NCBI GenBank assembly: GCA_964573695.1
Contig: CAZNKB010000001.1
Coordinates: 64,565-128,564, forward strand
Direction of reading: 5' to 3'
Origin: an uncultured Gammaproteobacteria bacterium
Lineage (GTDB): Bacteria > Patescibacteriota > Microgenomatia > UBA10105 > UBA927
DNA: 64,000 bases
The notes beneath the pieces are model-generated. The model searched no databases, was not told where the DNA came from, and saw only the letters and a program-made list of their open reading frames with translations. A program made the translations under genes and the position numbers. Of this stretch, positions 50,331 through 59,809 are shown in pieces (the stretch's first letter is position 1; each line of letters starts with the position of its first letter).

Positions 50331-50714
50331 TCAACGCTTCTTGGGGATATTCTTAAATTGCTTCCGCAGTGTGGCGGTAGTTTCTGCGCCTTTTTGTTGC
50401 ATTTCCTGAATGTGCGCCAGTGCAATATCAATTTTTTCGGCTGCCGCCTCCGTCACTTCATCTTTTTTATCATCGATAGATTCAAGTACTTTCTCCTTCA
50501 TGACTTCACCCTGACGAACCAACTCCTTGCCTTTTGATTGCAGCTCATCCAGGCGCTCCTCTAATTCATCGAGTATATCCCTGCCTTTGTCTTCGATAAG
50601 CTTGCTTGTCTTTTTACCTTCTTTGGTTCCCAAGAAAAAAATTACCAACGCGCCTATGAGACCCCCGACAAAAAAGCCGAAGAGAAATTTACCGTCATTG
50701 TTATTATCAGACAT
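50331..50714 (-). CDS. YtxH-domain protein
   Basis: 127 aa with an N-terminal TM (GFFVGGLIGALVIFF) and a coiled-coil Glu/Lys-rich region. Confidence 0.5.
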   Translation of the reverse strand: MSDNNNDGKFLFGFFVGGLIGALVIFFLGTKEGKKTSKLIEDKGRDILDELEERLDELQSKGKELVRQGEVMKEKVLESIDDKKDEVTEAAAEKIDIALAHIQEMQQKGAETTATLRKQFKNIPKKR

Positions 50715-50715
50715 A

Positions 50716-51051
50716 TTATTCTCCTTCCGTATCGTTTTTTTTCCGAAACGTCTTAAAAACAGACAATGCGGCCTTGATACCGCTCATCACACCCGACATA
50801 CTCGCAACCGAATCTCCGACCGTGCCGGTCACTTTTTTGGCATCGTCCAGCATGGTATTCATCTTGATGATAGAGGTGCGGATTTCTTTGAAGATATACC
50901 AAACCTGAACTCCCAAAAGCACCAAAAGAAGTGTCAAAATAAAACTGATGACGATAATAGTGAGTTGTACCGGATCCATGGGCAGAAATTTCTTTCTACG
51001 GACTACCGTCTCGTATATGACTAGTATCAACGAAAACGCTCTTTCTGTCAA
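50716..51051 (-). CDS. DUF948-like small membrane protein
   Basis: 111 aa with one TM and a following helical segment. Pairs with the ytxH-like gene, as in Bacillus ytxG-ytxH. Confidence 0.4.
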   Translation of the reverse strand: MTERAFSLILVIYETVVRRKKFLPMDPVQLTIIVISFILTLLLVLLGVQVWYIFKEIRTSIIKMNTMLDDAKKVTGTVGDSVASMSGVMSGIKAALSVFKTFRKKNDTEGE

Positions 51052-51078
51052 TCTGTCTTACTGTATCTCGCGCATGCT

Positions 51079-51726
51079 TCAGGGCTGATAACCAACCTCC
51101 CGCGTAATCGTCGTAACCTTCCCGAACCGGCTAGTAGCTGTAACCGTAATTTTGTTCACTCCGGGTAAAACCGCCACCTGCTCATAAAAACGTCCGTCAT
51201 CTCGCACAATCGTTGAAATGCCGTTTATCGTGACCGTGGCATCACGATCAGATTGCCCCTCCACGACGACCCGGCTACTCGATATGATCTGCTGGTTTTC
51301 CGGACTTTTGACCGTAAGCGGCGGCGCTTTCCCGATACGGAAATACTGATTCCCAAGGTAGAAAAAAAATATCACCAATAGTATGCCAACCAATATCGCC
51401 ACGAACCGACCTGGAGTCAGGTGAAGCAGGGAAGCATTCAGCGGTTCGGACACCCCTTTCGGAAGCAGGCTCGCTCTGGATACATCGGTCATTTGTCTTC
51501 GGAAAAATGCCATGACAGCGTCTGTCGGCAGACCGAGATATTCGGCGTAATTCCGAACAAAGCCTTTGGCATAGGAAGGGGACGGCAGGGCGGCAAAATT
51601 ATCATCTTCTATCGCCAGAATATATTTTTCGCGGATTTTTATGGCCCGTTCGATATCTCCGGGGGTAAGTTCCCGTGTTAGTCTCGCCTCCCGAAGCATA
51701 TTTCCTACGGTCTTCATGGGGAACAC
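51079..51726 (-). CDS. RodZ-like HTH-domain membrane protein
   Basis: 215 aa with an N-terminal HTH (LREARLTRELTPGDIERAIKIRE), a TM (ILVGILLVIFFFYL) and a C-terminal beta domain. Confidence 0.55.
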   Translation of the reverse strand: MFPMKTVGNMLREARLTRELTPGDIERAIKIREKYILAIEDDNFAALPSPSYAKGFVRNYAEYLGLPTDAVMAFFRRQMTDVSRASLLPKGVSEPLNASLLHLTPGRFVAILVGILLVIFFFYLGNQYFRIGKAPPLTVKSPENQQIISSSRVVVEGQSDRDATVTINGISTIVRDDGRFYEQVAVLPGVNKITVTATSRFGKVTTITREVGYQP

Positions 51727-53952
51727 CTAACTTTCTTTGGTTTCTGTCTGTTCTTGGTTGAGGAAATCCTCCGGATTTTTGATCAGAACGTCGCGCGGTT
51801 TTGAACCTTCCCCAGGACCGATAATGCCTGCCAGCTCCAATTGATCGAGTATCCTTGCCGCCCGAGCATATCCCACCGAGAGTCTCCGTTGGAGAAGCGA
51901 AGCAGACGCTTTGTCATATTGGCAAACCAGCCGGAGTGCATCTTCAAACAATGGGTCTCTCCCGTCGTTTGTCCCGGCAACTCCGCCTTTTTTCATAGCT
52001 CCTGCAGGTTGACTCAATACCTCTTCGGTATAGTGAACCTCAACCTGCCTGTTTTTGAAAAAGTCGACCACTTTTCCGACTTCTTTATCCGAAACGAACG
52101 TCCCTTGGATACGCATAGGCTTGGACTGATCGGGTGGTACGTATAACATGTCTCCCCGACCCAATAATTTTTCCGCTCCCGGCATGTCGATAATGACTCG
52201 CGAGTCTACCATAGACGATACGTTAAACGCGATGCGCGCCGGAATATTTGCTTTGATAAGTCCGGTGATGACGTCGACGCTCGGCCGCTGCGTCGCTACC
52301 ACCAGGTGGATACCGGTCGCCCTGGCCATTTGTGCGATCCGGCATATCGTATCCTCCACCTCTACCGGTGCATATGCCATAAGGTCTGCTAGCTCATCAA
52401 TAATGATAACGATAAACGGAAGCGCCTGGAATCCGGAGAGTTCGTTAAACCCGTCGATATTTCTGACTCCTACTTCAGCAAACTGCTTATATCGGCGCTC
52501 CATTTCCTGAGTAGCCCAACGAAGCGCTGACAATATTTTGTCTGTCTCCACGATAACTGGTGTCAGCAAGTGGGGAACCCCGTTGTATCCCACAAGTTCT
52601 ACGCGCTTGGGATCAACCAATATGAGCCGTACTTCGGCAGGAGTCGTACGGTATAGCAAACTACAGATCCATGAGTTCAAAAGCACGGATTTACCAGATC
52701 CTGTGGTACCGGCAACCAACACATGCGGCATCTTACCGATATCCCCGACCAGGGGGTTACCGGACACGTCGAGGCCCAATGCGACCGAAAGCTTACTCTT
52801 TGCTTTTTTCATTGTCTCTGCAAGAAGCATCCGTTTGAGGGTAACGAATTCGAGTCCGCGGTTGGGAATTTCAATTCCGACCAGGTCTCGCCCTGGAATC
52901 GGCGCTTCAATACGTACCTGTCCTGTCGGGGCAGCAAGAGCGAGTGCCATATCACTTCCCAGTGATGTAATTTTGGAAACCTTCGTACCCAGCGACAATT
53001 TGATTGCGTATTGCGTAACCGCCGGACCGGGATTTACCTCGACCACGTCCGCCTGTACGCCAAAACTGTCAAGCGTCTTTTCTATGATCTCCGCGTTTTT
53101 CCGCACATCCCCCCGGTCAGCCTTTTCACCGGGACCGTCAGAAAGCAATGTGACATCGGGGTATTCCCACATTTTCATGTCCTGACTCGCAGTCAAACCG
53201 GAGGCGATAGATAATCCGCCTGATTCTTTCTCTTTGGGAGCAACTCCTGATTTTTGGGGAACGGGAGGCGGGGTCATGGGGGTTTTTAATACAGGCTTAT
53301 CTTGTTCTGTGTTCCCTATTTTCAATGCTTCTTTTTTCGCCCCTCCTATAATCAGCTCCGCTTTCCGTTCACGCTGTCCTAGTGATCCGATCCATTCGAA
53401 AATGGTCTGCGCACCCATGAGAAGGAAGTTGATAAACCGGTCAAGCGACGTGTTAAACAGCACGATAACACCGATTAATATCACACCCAAAAACAAAAGC
53501 GTCGACCCTTCAGGAGCAATCGCATCGGACGTAAGGGTCCAAAATAAATCTCCGATATCACCGGAGCGGGTAAGCGCCAATAGCCCGAAAACAATAATCC
53601 CCAACCCCATGGGAACGTTTTGATTCCCCAATTCGCTCTTTACCTTAAAAAACAGCGTGCTTAAGGAGACCAACAGTATGGGCAGAAGATACATCACCCA
53701 GCCGAAATGCTCGATAAGGCTACTCCTTAAGGAAGACAGCATAGCGCCTTCACCAAAATATGACAGGGATATTGCGGCAGCAAATAGCCAAAACCAAATT
53801 GCCGCCACCGTATAGACAGTCTGTTTTTTCAGCTTCAGACCAAAACCTTTGCGCTTATGATATTTGCGTTTGGACTTTTTGAATTTAAATGCCATAGTTT
53901 CGGTACTCTCCAGTATAGAAACAGCCACGGCCGAATGCAACGGAACACACAC
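51727..53952 (-). CDS. ftsK: DNA translocase FtsK/SpoIIIE
   Basis: 741 aa with N-terminal TM helices, a Walker A GTTGSGKS and the winged-helix gamma domain. Confidence 0.9.
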   Translation of the reverse strand: MCVPLHSAVAVSILESTETMAFKFKKSKRKYHKRKGFGLKLKKQTVYTVAAIWFWLFAAAISLSYFGEGAMLSSLRSSLIEHFGWVMYLLPILLVSLSTLFFKVKSELGNQNVPMGLGIIVFGLLALTRSGDIGDLFWTLTSDAIAPEGSTLLFLGVILIGVIVLFNTSLDRFINFLLMGAQTIFEWIGSLGQRERKAELIIGGAKKEALKIGNTEQDKPVLKTPMTPPPVPQKSGVAPKEKESGGLSIASGLTASQDMKMWEYPDVTLLSDGPGEKADRGDVRKNAEIIEKTLDSFGVQADVVEVNPGPAVTQYAIKLSLGTKVSKITSLGSDMALALAAPTGQVRIEAPIPGRDLVGIEIPNRGLEFVTLKRMLLAETMKKAKSKLSVALGLDVSGNPLVGDIGKMPHVLVAGTTGSGKSVLLNSWICSLLYRTTPAEVRLILVDPKRVELVGYNGVPHLLTPVIVETDKILSALRWATQEMERRYKQFAEVGVRNIDGFNELSGFQALPFIVIIIDELADLMAYAPVEVEDTICRIAQMARATGIHLVVATQRPSVDVITGLIKANIPARIAFNVSSMVDSRVIIDMPGAEKLLGRGDMLYVPPDQSKPMRIQGTFVSDKEVGKVVDFFKNRQVEVHYTEEVLSQPAGAMKKGGVAGTNDGRDPLFEDALRLVCQYDKASASLLQRRLSVGYARAARILDQLELAGIIGPGEGSKPRDVLIKNPEDFLNQEQTETKES

Positions 53953-54001
53953 TCCCCTAACCTACTTATATCCTATAGTAAATATAGGGAATATGTCAAG
54001 T

Positions 54002-55783
54002 TCACACTTCTAATACCACGGGAACGATGAGCGGACTCCTGCCTGTTTCCTTAAGAAGATACTCCTTAAGAGCCTCCTCTATCCGCTTTTTGACCGATAG
54101 CCAATCAGTAATTCTTCCTTTTTTGAGTGTCAGCGCATGCGAAACCACTGATGACGCCCGGTTCAGGAGCTGTTGTGAACCTTTTACATAAACAAACCCC
54201 CTCGTGATAATCTCCGGCGGACTTGTCATGCGTCCGGTAGATGCATCTACGGGAACGACGACGACGACAATCCCTTCGTGTGCTATGGTCTGACGGTCCT
54301 TGAGCACGACATTACCTACGTCGCCTATACCTAATCCGTCGATCATTATGTCTTCCAGCATGACCCGGTCAACTACCCTTGGCGCGCTATTTTGGCTAAA
54401 TTCCATTACTTCCCCGTCTTCAGGAATGAGTACGCTTCGTTTGTCATACCCCAAATCTCCTGCCAGTCTCCGATACTGCATCAGGTGTTTATAGGTCCCT
54501 CCAATGGGCCAAACATATTTCGGTCCGACAGCGGACAAAAGCAGCATCATGTCTCCCGAGCTTCCGTGTCCGGATACGTGGAGATCCTCCATAATGTCAC
54601 TGTAGGAAACTCTTGCTCCATGGCGGTAAATCTGATCAATCAGCTTATTGACGTCGTTTTCCCTTCCGGGTATCGGATCGGCTGAGATAATAACGGTATC
54701 GGCGTCGGTCAGTCTCACCATTTTGTGGGCATCGCTTGCGATACGGAACAGGTTAGACGATGGCTGACCTTGGGCACCTGCGACAACGAGAAATTGCTTG
54801 TTGGCCGGAAGCCGTTTCAGGTCGCGGTCGTTGATGATGACGTCACGGGGAAACTTCATATAGCCTAACTTGACTGATTCCTCCACATTCTGATCGATAC
54901 TTCTGCCTAAGAAAGCAATTTTCCGGCCATGCTTTTGTGCAAGCTCGATTGCAAGCTGAATACGGGATATATTGCTCGATTGCGTCGTAAAAAGCACTTT
55001 CCCCTGACTCAACCTGAGCTCCTTTTCTATCGTTTCACCGATGATTTGCTCTGAAGGAGTAAATCCCGGCCGCTCGCTTCCCAAGCTGTCAGAAAGCATA
55101 CAAAGCACTCCTTTTTTGCCTACAGCGTTTATTTTTTCCAGTTCGGACGGCTTCCCGTCGAGCGGGGTAGGATCGAATTTAAAGTCACTTCCGTGATAAA
55201 AGATACCAATAGGTGTTTCAATCACCAGATGCGATGTATCCGGCACGGAATGCGTAAGCCGGATAAACGAAACCCGAAATACTCCAGCCGTCACCTGTTT
55301 ATCAAACGTCATCGGGCGTACGCGATCCCGAATCGGGGTTTCCTTGAGCTTCAAGTTAGCGAACGCGGCTGCCAGTGTCGGCCCATACATCGGCACCCTT
55401 CCTAATTTGGGATAAATATACGGCAAACCGCCGATATGGTCGTCATGACCGTGAGTGAATACGATTGCGCGTATTTTGTCCCGTTTGTCCATAAGATAAC
55501 GGACGTCCGGAATCACCAGATCGATACCAAACATCTCTTCATCCGGAAACCCTATGCCGCAATCCACTATCAGAATATCCCGGAGCTTTCCGTCGTATCT
55601 ATACTCATACAGATACATATTTTTCGTAACGTTTCCCGCTCCGCCAAGCGGTACGATACGCACCGCGTCTTTTCCGGTATTTGGGCTAAACGATCTCCCC
55701 TCGAATACTTGTTTCGCCTGAAACTTCGGGGGGCGTTGTATATACATTCTTCTCATATGTTTACCTTCTTTCTTTAGAGGCAA
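54002..55783 (-). CDS. rnj: Ribonuclease J (beta-CASP metallo-beta-lactamase)
   Basis: 593 aa with HGHDDHIGGLPY (HxHxDH), beta-CASP motifs and a C-terminal domain. Confidence 0.9.
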   Translation of the reverse strand: MPLKKEGKHMRRMYIQRPPKFQAKQVFEGRSFSPNTGKDAVRIVPLGGAGNVTKNMYLYEYRYDGKLRDILIVDCGIGFPDEEMFGIDLVIPDVRYLMDKRDKIRAIVFTHGHDDHIGGLPYIYPKLGRVPMYGPTLAAAFANLKLKETPIRDRVRPMTFDKQVTAGVFRVSFIRLTHSVPDTSHLVIETPIGIFYHGSDFKFDPTPLDGKPSELEKINAVGKKGVLCMLSDSLGSERPGFTPSEQIIGETIEKELRLSQGKVLFTTQSSNISRIQLAIELAQKHGRKIAFLGRSIDQNVEESVKLGYMKFPRDVIINDRDLKRLPANKQFLVVAGAQGQPSSNLFRIASDAHKMVRLTDADTVIISADPIPGRENDVNKLIDQIYRHGARVSYSDIMEDLHVSGHGSSGDMMLLLSAVGPKYVWPIGGTYKHLMQYRRLAGDLGYDKRSVLIPEDGEVMEFSQNSAPRVVDRVMLEDIMIDGLGIGDVGNVVLKDRQTIAHEGIVVVVVPVDASTGRMTSPPEIITRGFVYVKGSQQLLNRASSVVSHALTLKKGRITDWLSVKKRIEEALKEYLLKETGRSPLIVPVVLEV

Positions 55784-55819
55784 GTTTACGTTTTCGAGGA
55801 TTTATAATAATCACGTTCT

Positions 55820-56920
55820 TTAGTAAACTTCTATAAAATTTTTAATATTGTCTTCCGTAATACGGAAGGTTGTTGCTTTTCCTTCGACGATAGACAGTGC
55901 TACTTTGCGACACACACTGTTTAACGTCCGCTCAATGCTCCGTATACCGGCGTCGTATCCTAACGGCCGCACAAGCTTCGCCCACATTGCCTCATCAATC
56001 GTCAGATTCTCGGCTGTCAAACCGGATTCTTTCATAAGCGCGGGCATGACATAATCCTTCGCAATCCTAATCTTTTCTTCATCCGTATAGGACGGCATCT
56101 GAATGGGTTCCAAACGGTCAAGGACAGCCGTTGCGATATTGGTCGTATTGTTACTTGTCGCGATAAATAATACTTCAGACAGGTCGAACGGATAATCCAT
56201 ATAGTGATCGACGAATGCGGAATTTTGCTCCGGATCCAGCAACTCGACCAGGACTCCCATAATATCGCCACGTGCGTGTTCTGACACGCGGTCGATTTCA
56301 TCGAGCAATACCACCGGATTTTTGGTTCCCGCAAACCGGAGTCCTTTTAGGATGAGGCCGATTTCCGCATCCGGACGAACCCGCGACTGACCACGGAGCT
56401 CAAGAGCATCGGACATGCCTCCGAATGCGATGCGGACAAACCGTCGCCCCATAGCCTGAGCTATCGATTTGGCAAGCGTCGTCTTACCGGTACCGACAAG
56501 ACCCACAAGGCATAAAATCGGCGCACGCCGCGCAAGCATCGCATGGGTGGATTTCGCCTCCGCCTCCCGCTTATCCTCATCGGAAGATTCTTTTGCCCAG
56601 CGGTCCTGGTTCAGTTTAATAACCGCCAGATACTCCAGAATTCTTTCTTTGACCGGCTGGAGCCCATAATGATGCATTTCCAGAATTTTGCGGGCGTTTA
56701 CAAGATCCAGTTGATCCGAACTTCGTTCGTTCCACGGGAGGTTAATCACCCAATCGATATACCGAAGCATCTGTTCGATGTGAACCCGGGCGGATATATC
56801 ATGTTCCAAGCGCTCTATTTCCTCGAGAGAAGCCGCCACGCGTGTTTCCATTTCGGGAGGAACGTGCGCTTCTTTGAGCTTTTTGCGAAGAACGCCTACT
56901 TCATCGAGCAGTCTGGACAT
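55820..56920 (-). CDS. Lon-family AAA+ ATPase lacking the N-terminal LON domain and the C-terminal protease domain
   Basis: 366 aa. The helical region (LDLVNARKILEMHHYGLQPVKERILEYLAV) plus the AAA module (GLVGTGKTTLAKSIAQAMGRRFVRIAFGGMSD, sensor-2) align with Lon. The ORF stops at the AAA/protease boundary. Confidence 0.7.
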   Translation of the reverse strand: MSRLLDEVGVLRKKLKEAHVPPEMETRVAASLEEIERLEHDISARVHIEQMLRYIDWVINLPWNERSSDQLDLVNARKILEMHHYGLQPVKERILEYLAVIKLNQDRWAKESSDEDKREAEAKSTHAMLARRAPILCLVGLVGTGKTTLAKSIAQAMGRRFVRIAFGGMSDALELRGQSRVRPDAEIGLILKGLRFAGTKNPVVLLDEIDRVSEHARGDIMGVLVELLDPEQNSAFVDHYMDYPFDLSEVLFIATSNNTTNIATAVLDRLEPIQMPSYTDEEKIRIAKDYVMPALMKESGLTAENLTIDEAMWAKLVRPLGYDAGIRSIERTLNSVCRKVALSIVEGKATTFRITEDNIKNFIEVY

Positions 56921-56936
56921 GATTCTATACTACCAC

Positions 56937-59153
56937 TTAAAAACGTCTTCGTCCTCGGTCAAATCCGCCCCGGCGATTGCCTCCGCCATGACGATCCGAG
57001 CCCCCGCGACTATCGCGACGCTCTGGGGATTTCTTTTGGGCATCTTCACCGAAAAGCATGGAAAGATTGATTCTGTGCATATCATCAATCTCCATGACCC
57101 GAACTTTTACCACTTGTCCGATCGTCACGATTTTTGCGGGATCATCCACAAAGTCCACGCTCATTTGCGAAACGTGCACCATGCCTTCTTTCCCCGGAAG
57201 TATTTCGACGAATGCACCAAACGGCAATATCCGCTTGACCTCTCCTTCAAACTCCTCACCAACCTCTACATCGTGAGTGAGTCCTTCTACCCATTCAACG
57301 GCTTTCTGTACATTGTCCGCATCCGGACCGGAAATAAATACCGAGCCGTCATCGTTGACATCGACAGTGGCTCCCGTTGTCGCAATGATATTGCGGATTA
57401 CTTTTCCTCCGGGACCGATCACTTCTCCGATGCGTTCCGTCGGAATTTTGATGACTTTCACTTTCGGCGCATATTGAGAAACCGTCTGTCTTGGACTTGC
57501 GATTACCGCGGTAATTTTGTCCAATATCATCATACGGGCCACGCGCGCCCGTTCGAGCGTTTGATCCACGATTTCATCCGTGAGTCCGTCGATTTTGATA
57601 TCCAGTTGGATTGCGGTAATACCGTTTTTGGTTCCCGCGACCTTAAAGTCCATATCTCCGGAAAAGTCCTCTATCCCTAAAATATCCGTGAGCAAGACAA
57701 ACGAGTCTTTATCAGACATAAGACCAACCGAGATACCTGCAACCGGCTCCTTGATCGGAACGCCGGCGTCCATAAGGGCTAATGTAGAGCCGCATGTCGA
57801 AGCCATAGAGGTCGATCCGTTGCTGCTCATAATTTCAGAAACAAGCCGAATGGTATAGGGAAATTCTTCTTCGGTTGGAATAACCGCCATAAGCGCACGC
57901 TCAGCGAGAGCTCCATGACCGATTTCGCGTCTGCTCGGAGTTCCGACTCTCCCTGTTTCCCCCACAGAATATGGAGGCATACTATAGTGGTGGATATATC
58001 GTTTGGACTCCTCCCCCATTGGACTCTCGATAAGTTGCTCGAGACTGGGAGTACCCAGTGTCGCCACCGTCAACGCCTGTGTTTGACCGCGCTTAAACAT
58101 TGCGCTCCCGTGCGTGCGGCTTAACACTCCTACTTCTATTTCAATCGGGCGCACTTCATCAATCTTCCGTCCGTCAAAACGCTTGCCATGAAGCAGCACG
58201 TTCTCTTTTACCTGCTTTTTAAACAATGCATCCAGCGCTCCTTCGATATCCTTGACGCTGTAATCTGTGCCGTAATTTTCAGCAATGACTTTTGCCAGTT
58301 CTGCCACTTCGGTTCCGCCAAATTCCTTTTCCGCTTTTTTGGCGAATGCAGCGGTCATTTCTTTTTTGTAGTCCTTCTCAATTTTTTTCTTGAGCTCGTC
58401 TGCTTCGGAGACCTCCGTTACGGCGATTTTACTCTTGCCGACGGCTTTCACGAGCTCATTGATAAGGTCTATAATTTCGCCGTTTGCTTTTTTTGCCTCC
58501 AATACGGCTCCCGCCACGACGGATTCCGGCGTTTCACAAAATCCACCTTCCAACATGACCACTTTTTCCCTGCTCGAAGACACGACGAAATCAAATTCAC
58601 TCGTTTCCTGTTCCGTAATCGTCGGGTTTATAATGTACGCACCTTTTTCCGTTCCGGCTTCTTTGACATATCCCACGCGTACACCCGCAATCGGACCGTT
58701 CCACGGTATCGGGGAAATAGCGATAGCGGCCGATGTGGCAACTAACCCTAGTACATCCGGATCGTTTTGCCCGTCAACACTAAGCACCGTAATGATGACC
58801 TGCACGTCATGTTTGTAGCTTTTGGGAAACAGAGGCCGGATGGACCGGTCGATCACGCGACCCGCGAGTACTGCATCGTCAGTGGGTCGACCTTCCCTTT
58901 TGACCCAACGCGATCCTTTGATCCGTCCTCCGGCGTAAAGCCGTTCGACGTATTCGACGGAAAGCGGAAAATAATCAAGGGTCGTTTCTTTGCTCGACGC
59001 GGTCACCGTGGCAAGCACCATGGTATCGCCGTATTTGGCAAGCACGGCAGCTGATGCCTGTTCGGCAAATCGTCCAACCTCAAGAGTCAACGCTTTTCCT
59101 GCTATTTCAGCAGATTTGGAGACAATCTTCATATTCTTTCCGCTACTAGCCAT
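56937..59153 (-). CDS. pnp: Polynucleotide phosphorylase with a C-terminal RGG-rich tail
   Basis: 738 aa with two RNase PH domains, KH and S1 domains. The tail is ...RRDSRGGSDRHGGGNRRGGFDRGRRRF. Confidence 0.95.
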   Translation of the reverse strand: MASSGKNMKIVSKSAEIAGKALTLEVGRFAEQASAAVLAKYGDTMVLATVTASSKETTLDYFPLSVEYVERLYAGGRIKGSRWVKREGRPTDDAVLAGRVIDRSIRPLFPKSYKHDVQVIITVLSVDGQNDPDVLGLVATSAAIAISPIPWNGPIAGVRVGYVKEAGTEKGAYIINPTITEQETSEFDFVVSSSREKVVMLEGGFCETPESVVAGAVLEAKKANGEIIDLINELVKAVGKSKIAVTEVSEADELKKKIEKDYKKEMTAAFAKKAEKEFGGTEVAELAKVIAENYGTDYSVKDIEGALDALFKKQVKENVLLHGKRFDGRKIDEVRPIEIEVGVLSRTHGSAMFKRGQTQALTVATLGTPSLEQLIESPMGEESKRYIHHYSMPPYSVGETGRVGTPSRREIGHGALAERALMAVIPTEEEFPYTIRLVSEIMSSNGSTSMASTCGSTLALMDAGVPIKEPVAGISVGLMSDKDSFVLLTDILGIEDFSGDMDFKVAGTKNGITAIQLDIKIDGLTDEIVDQTLERARVARMMILDKITAVIASPRQTVSQYAPKVKVIKIPTERIGEVIGPGGKVIRNIIATTGATVDVNDDGSVFISGPDADNVQKAVEWVEGLTHDVEVGEEFEGEVKRILPFGAFVEILPGKEGMVHVSQMSVDFVDDPAKIVTIGQVVKVRVMEIDDMHRINLSMLFGEDAQKKSPERRDSRGGSDRHGGGNRRGGFDRGRRRF

Positions 59154-59172
59154 ATGGAAGTATAAAACACGA

Positions 59173-59218
59173 GAGGGGTGGAAGATAGAAAATGGAAGAA
59201 CCGTGCTATTTTCCCCTT
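59173..59218 (-). promoter_or_regulatory. Imperfect long hairpin in the rpsO-pnp intergenic region
   Basis: GAGGGGUGGAAGAUAG...CUAUUUUCCCCUUC can pair (about 12-14 bp with a bulge). It sits 20-65 nt upstream of the pnp start. Confidence 0.35.
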
Positions 59219-59281
59219 CTATACTCTATCCTCGACCACTTCTCTATTTTATCTTTCAATGGCCGCGTGCGACCTATAAAT

Positions 59282-59716
59282 TTATGTTAAACCTAACTTT
59301 TCTTTTATTTGTGTGAATCGTTTCTTATCTTTTTTCTCGAGGTAATTTAACAACCTCCGGCGCTTACTGACAATCCCCAATAGTCCTCGGCGTGAGTGAT
59401 TATCGTGCGGGTTACTCCGTAAGTGCCCCACGAGCTTCTCAACTCTTCTGGTGAGCAATGCAACCTGTACCTCGGGACTCCCCGTATCTCCGTTGTTGAC
59501 TGCAAATTGTGCGATAATCTCTTGTTTCTCAGGAGAAGGAATCGCTGTTTCTTCAGCTTTCGCTTTCGCTGCTGCTTTTGTCGCCTTGGTAACTTTCACC
59601 GGTTTTGTGGCTGACGAAACTTTGGCTGCCGGTGCCTTTTTTGCGGCTTTCACTTCTTTCGCGACTTTGGTGGCTTTCACCGGTTTTGTCGCTTTTTTGG
59701 TAGTTTTTGCTGGCAT
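59282..59716 (-). CDS. rpsO: 30S ribosomal protein S15 with a roughly 55-aa N-terminal Lys/Ala-rich (histone-H1-like) extension
   Basis: The C-terminal 89 aa are collinear with S15 ([38 protein letters not shown]...). The N-terminus is [31 protein letters not shown]... with no ATG at the canonical S15 start. Confidence 0.85.
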   Translation of the reverse strand: MPAKTTKKATKPVKATKVAKEVKAAKKAPAAKVSSATKPVKVTKATKAAAKAKAEETAIPSPEKQEIIAQFAVNNGDTGSPEVQVALLTRRVEKLVGHLRSNPHDNHSRRGLLGIVSKRRRLLNYLEKKDKKRFTQIKEKLGLT

Positions 59717-59724
59717 ATCCTTAT

Positions 59725-59751
59725 AAAAAGGAGCGTCTCATTCGTGCTCCT
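59725..59751 (-). terminator. Hairpin plus U-run between nrnA and rpsO on the minus strand
   Basis: Minus strand AGGAGCacgaaugagacGCUCCUUUUUAUAAGGAU, immediately before the rpsO RBS and ATG. Confidence 0.35.
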
Positions 59752-59809
59752 AAGGCACTTATTATACGATATTCCTCTGTATTTTACCAGTGGGAGAAAG
59801 TACCCGGGC

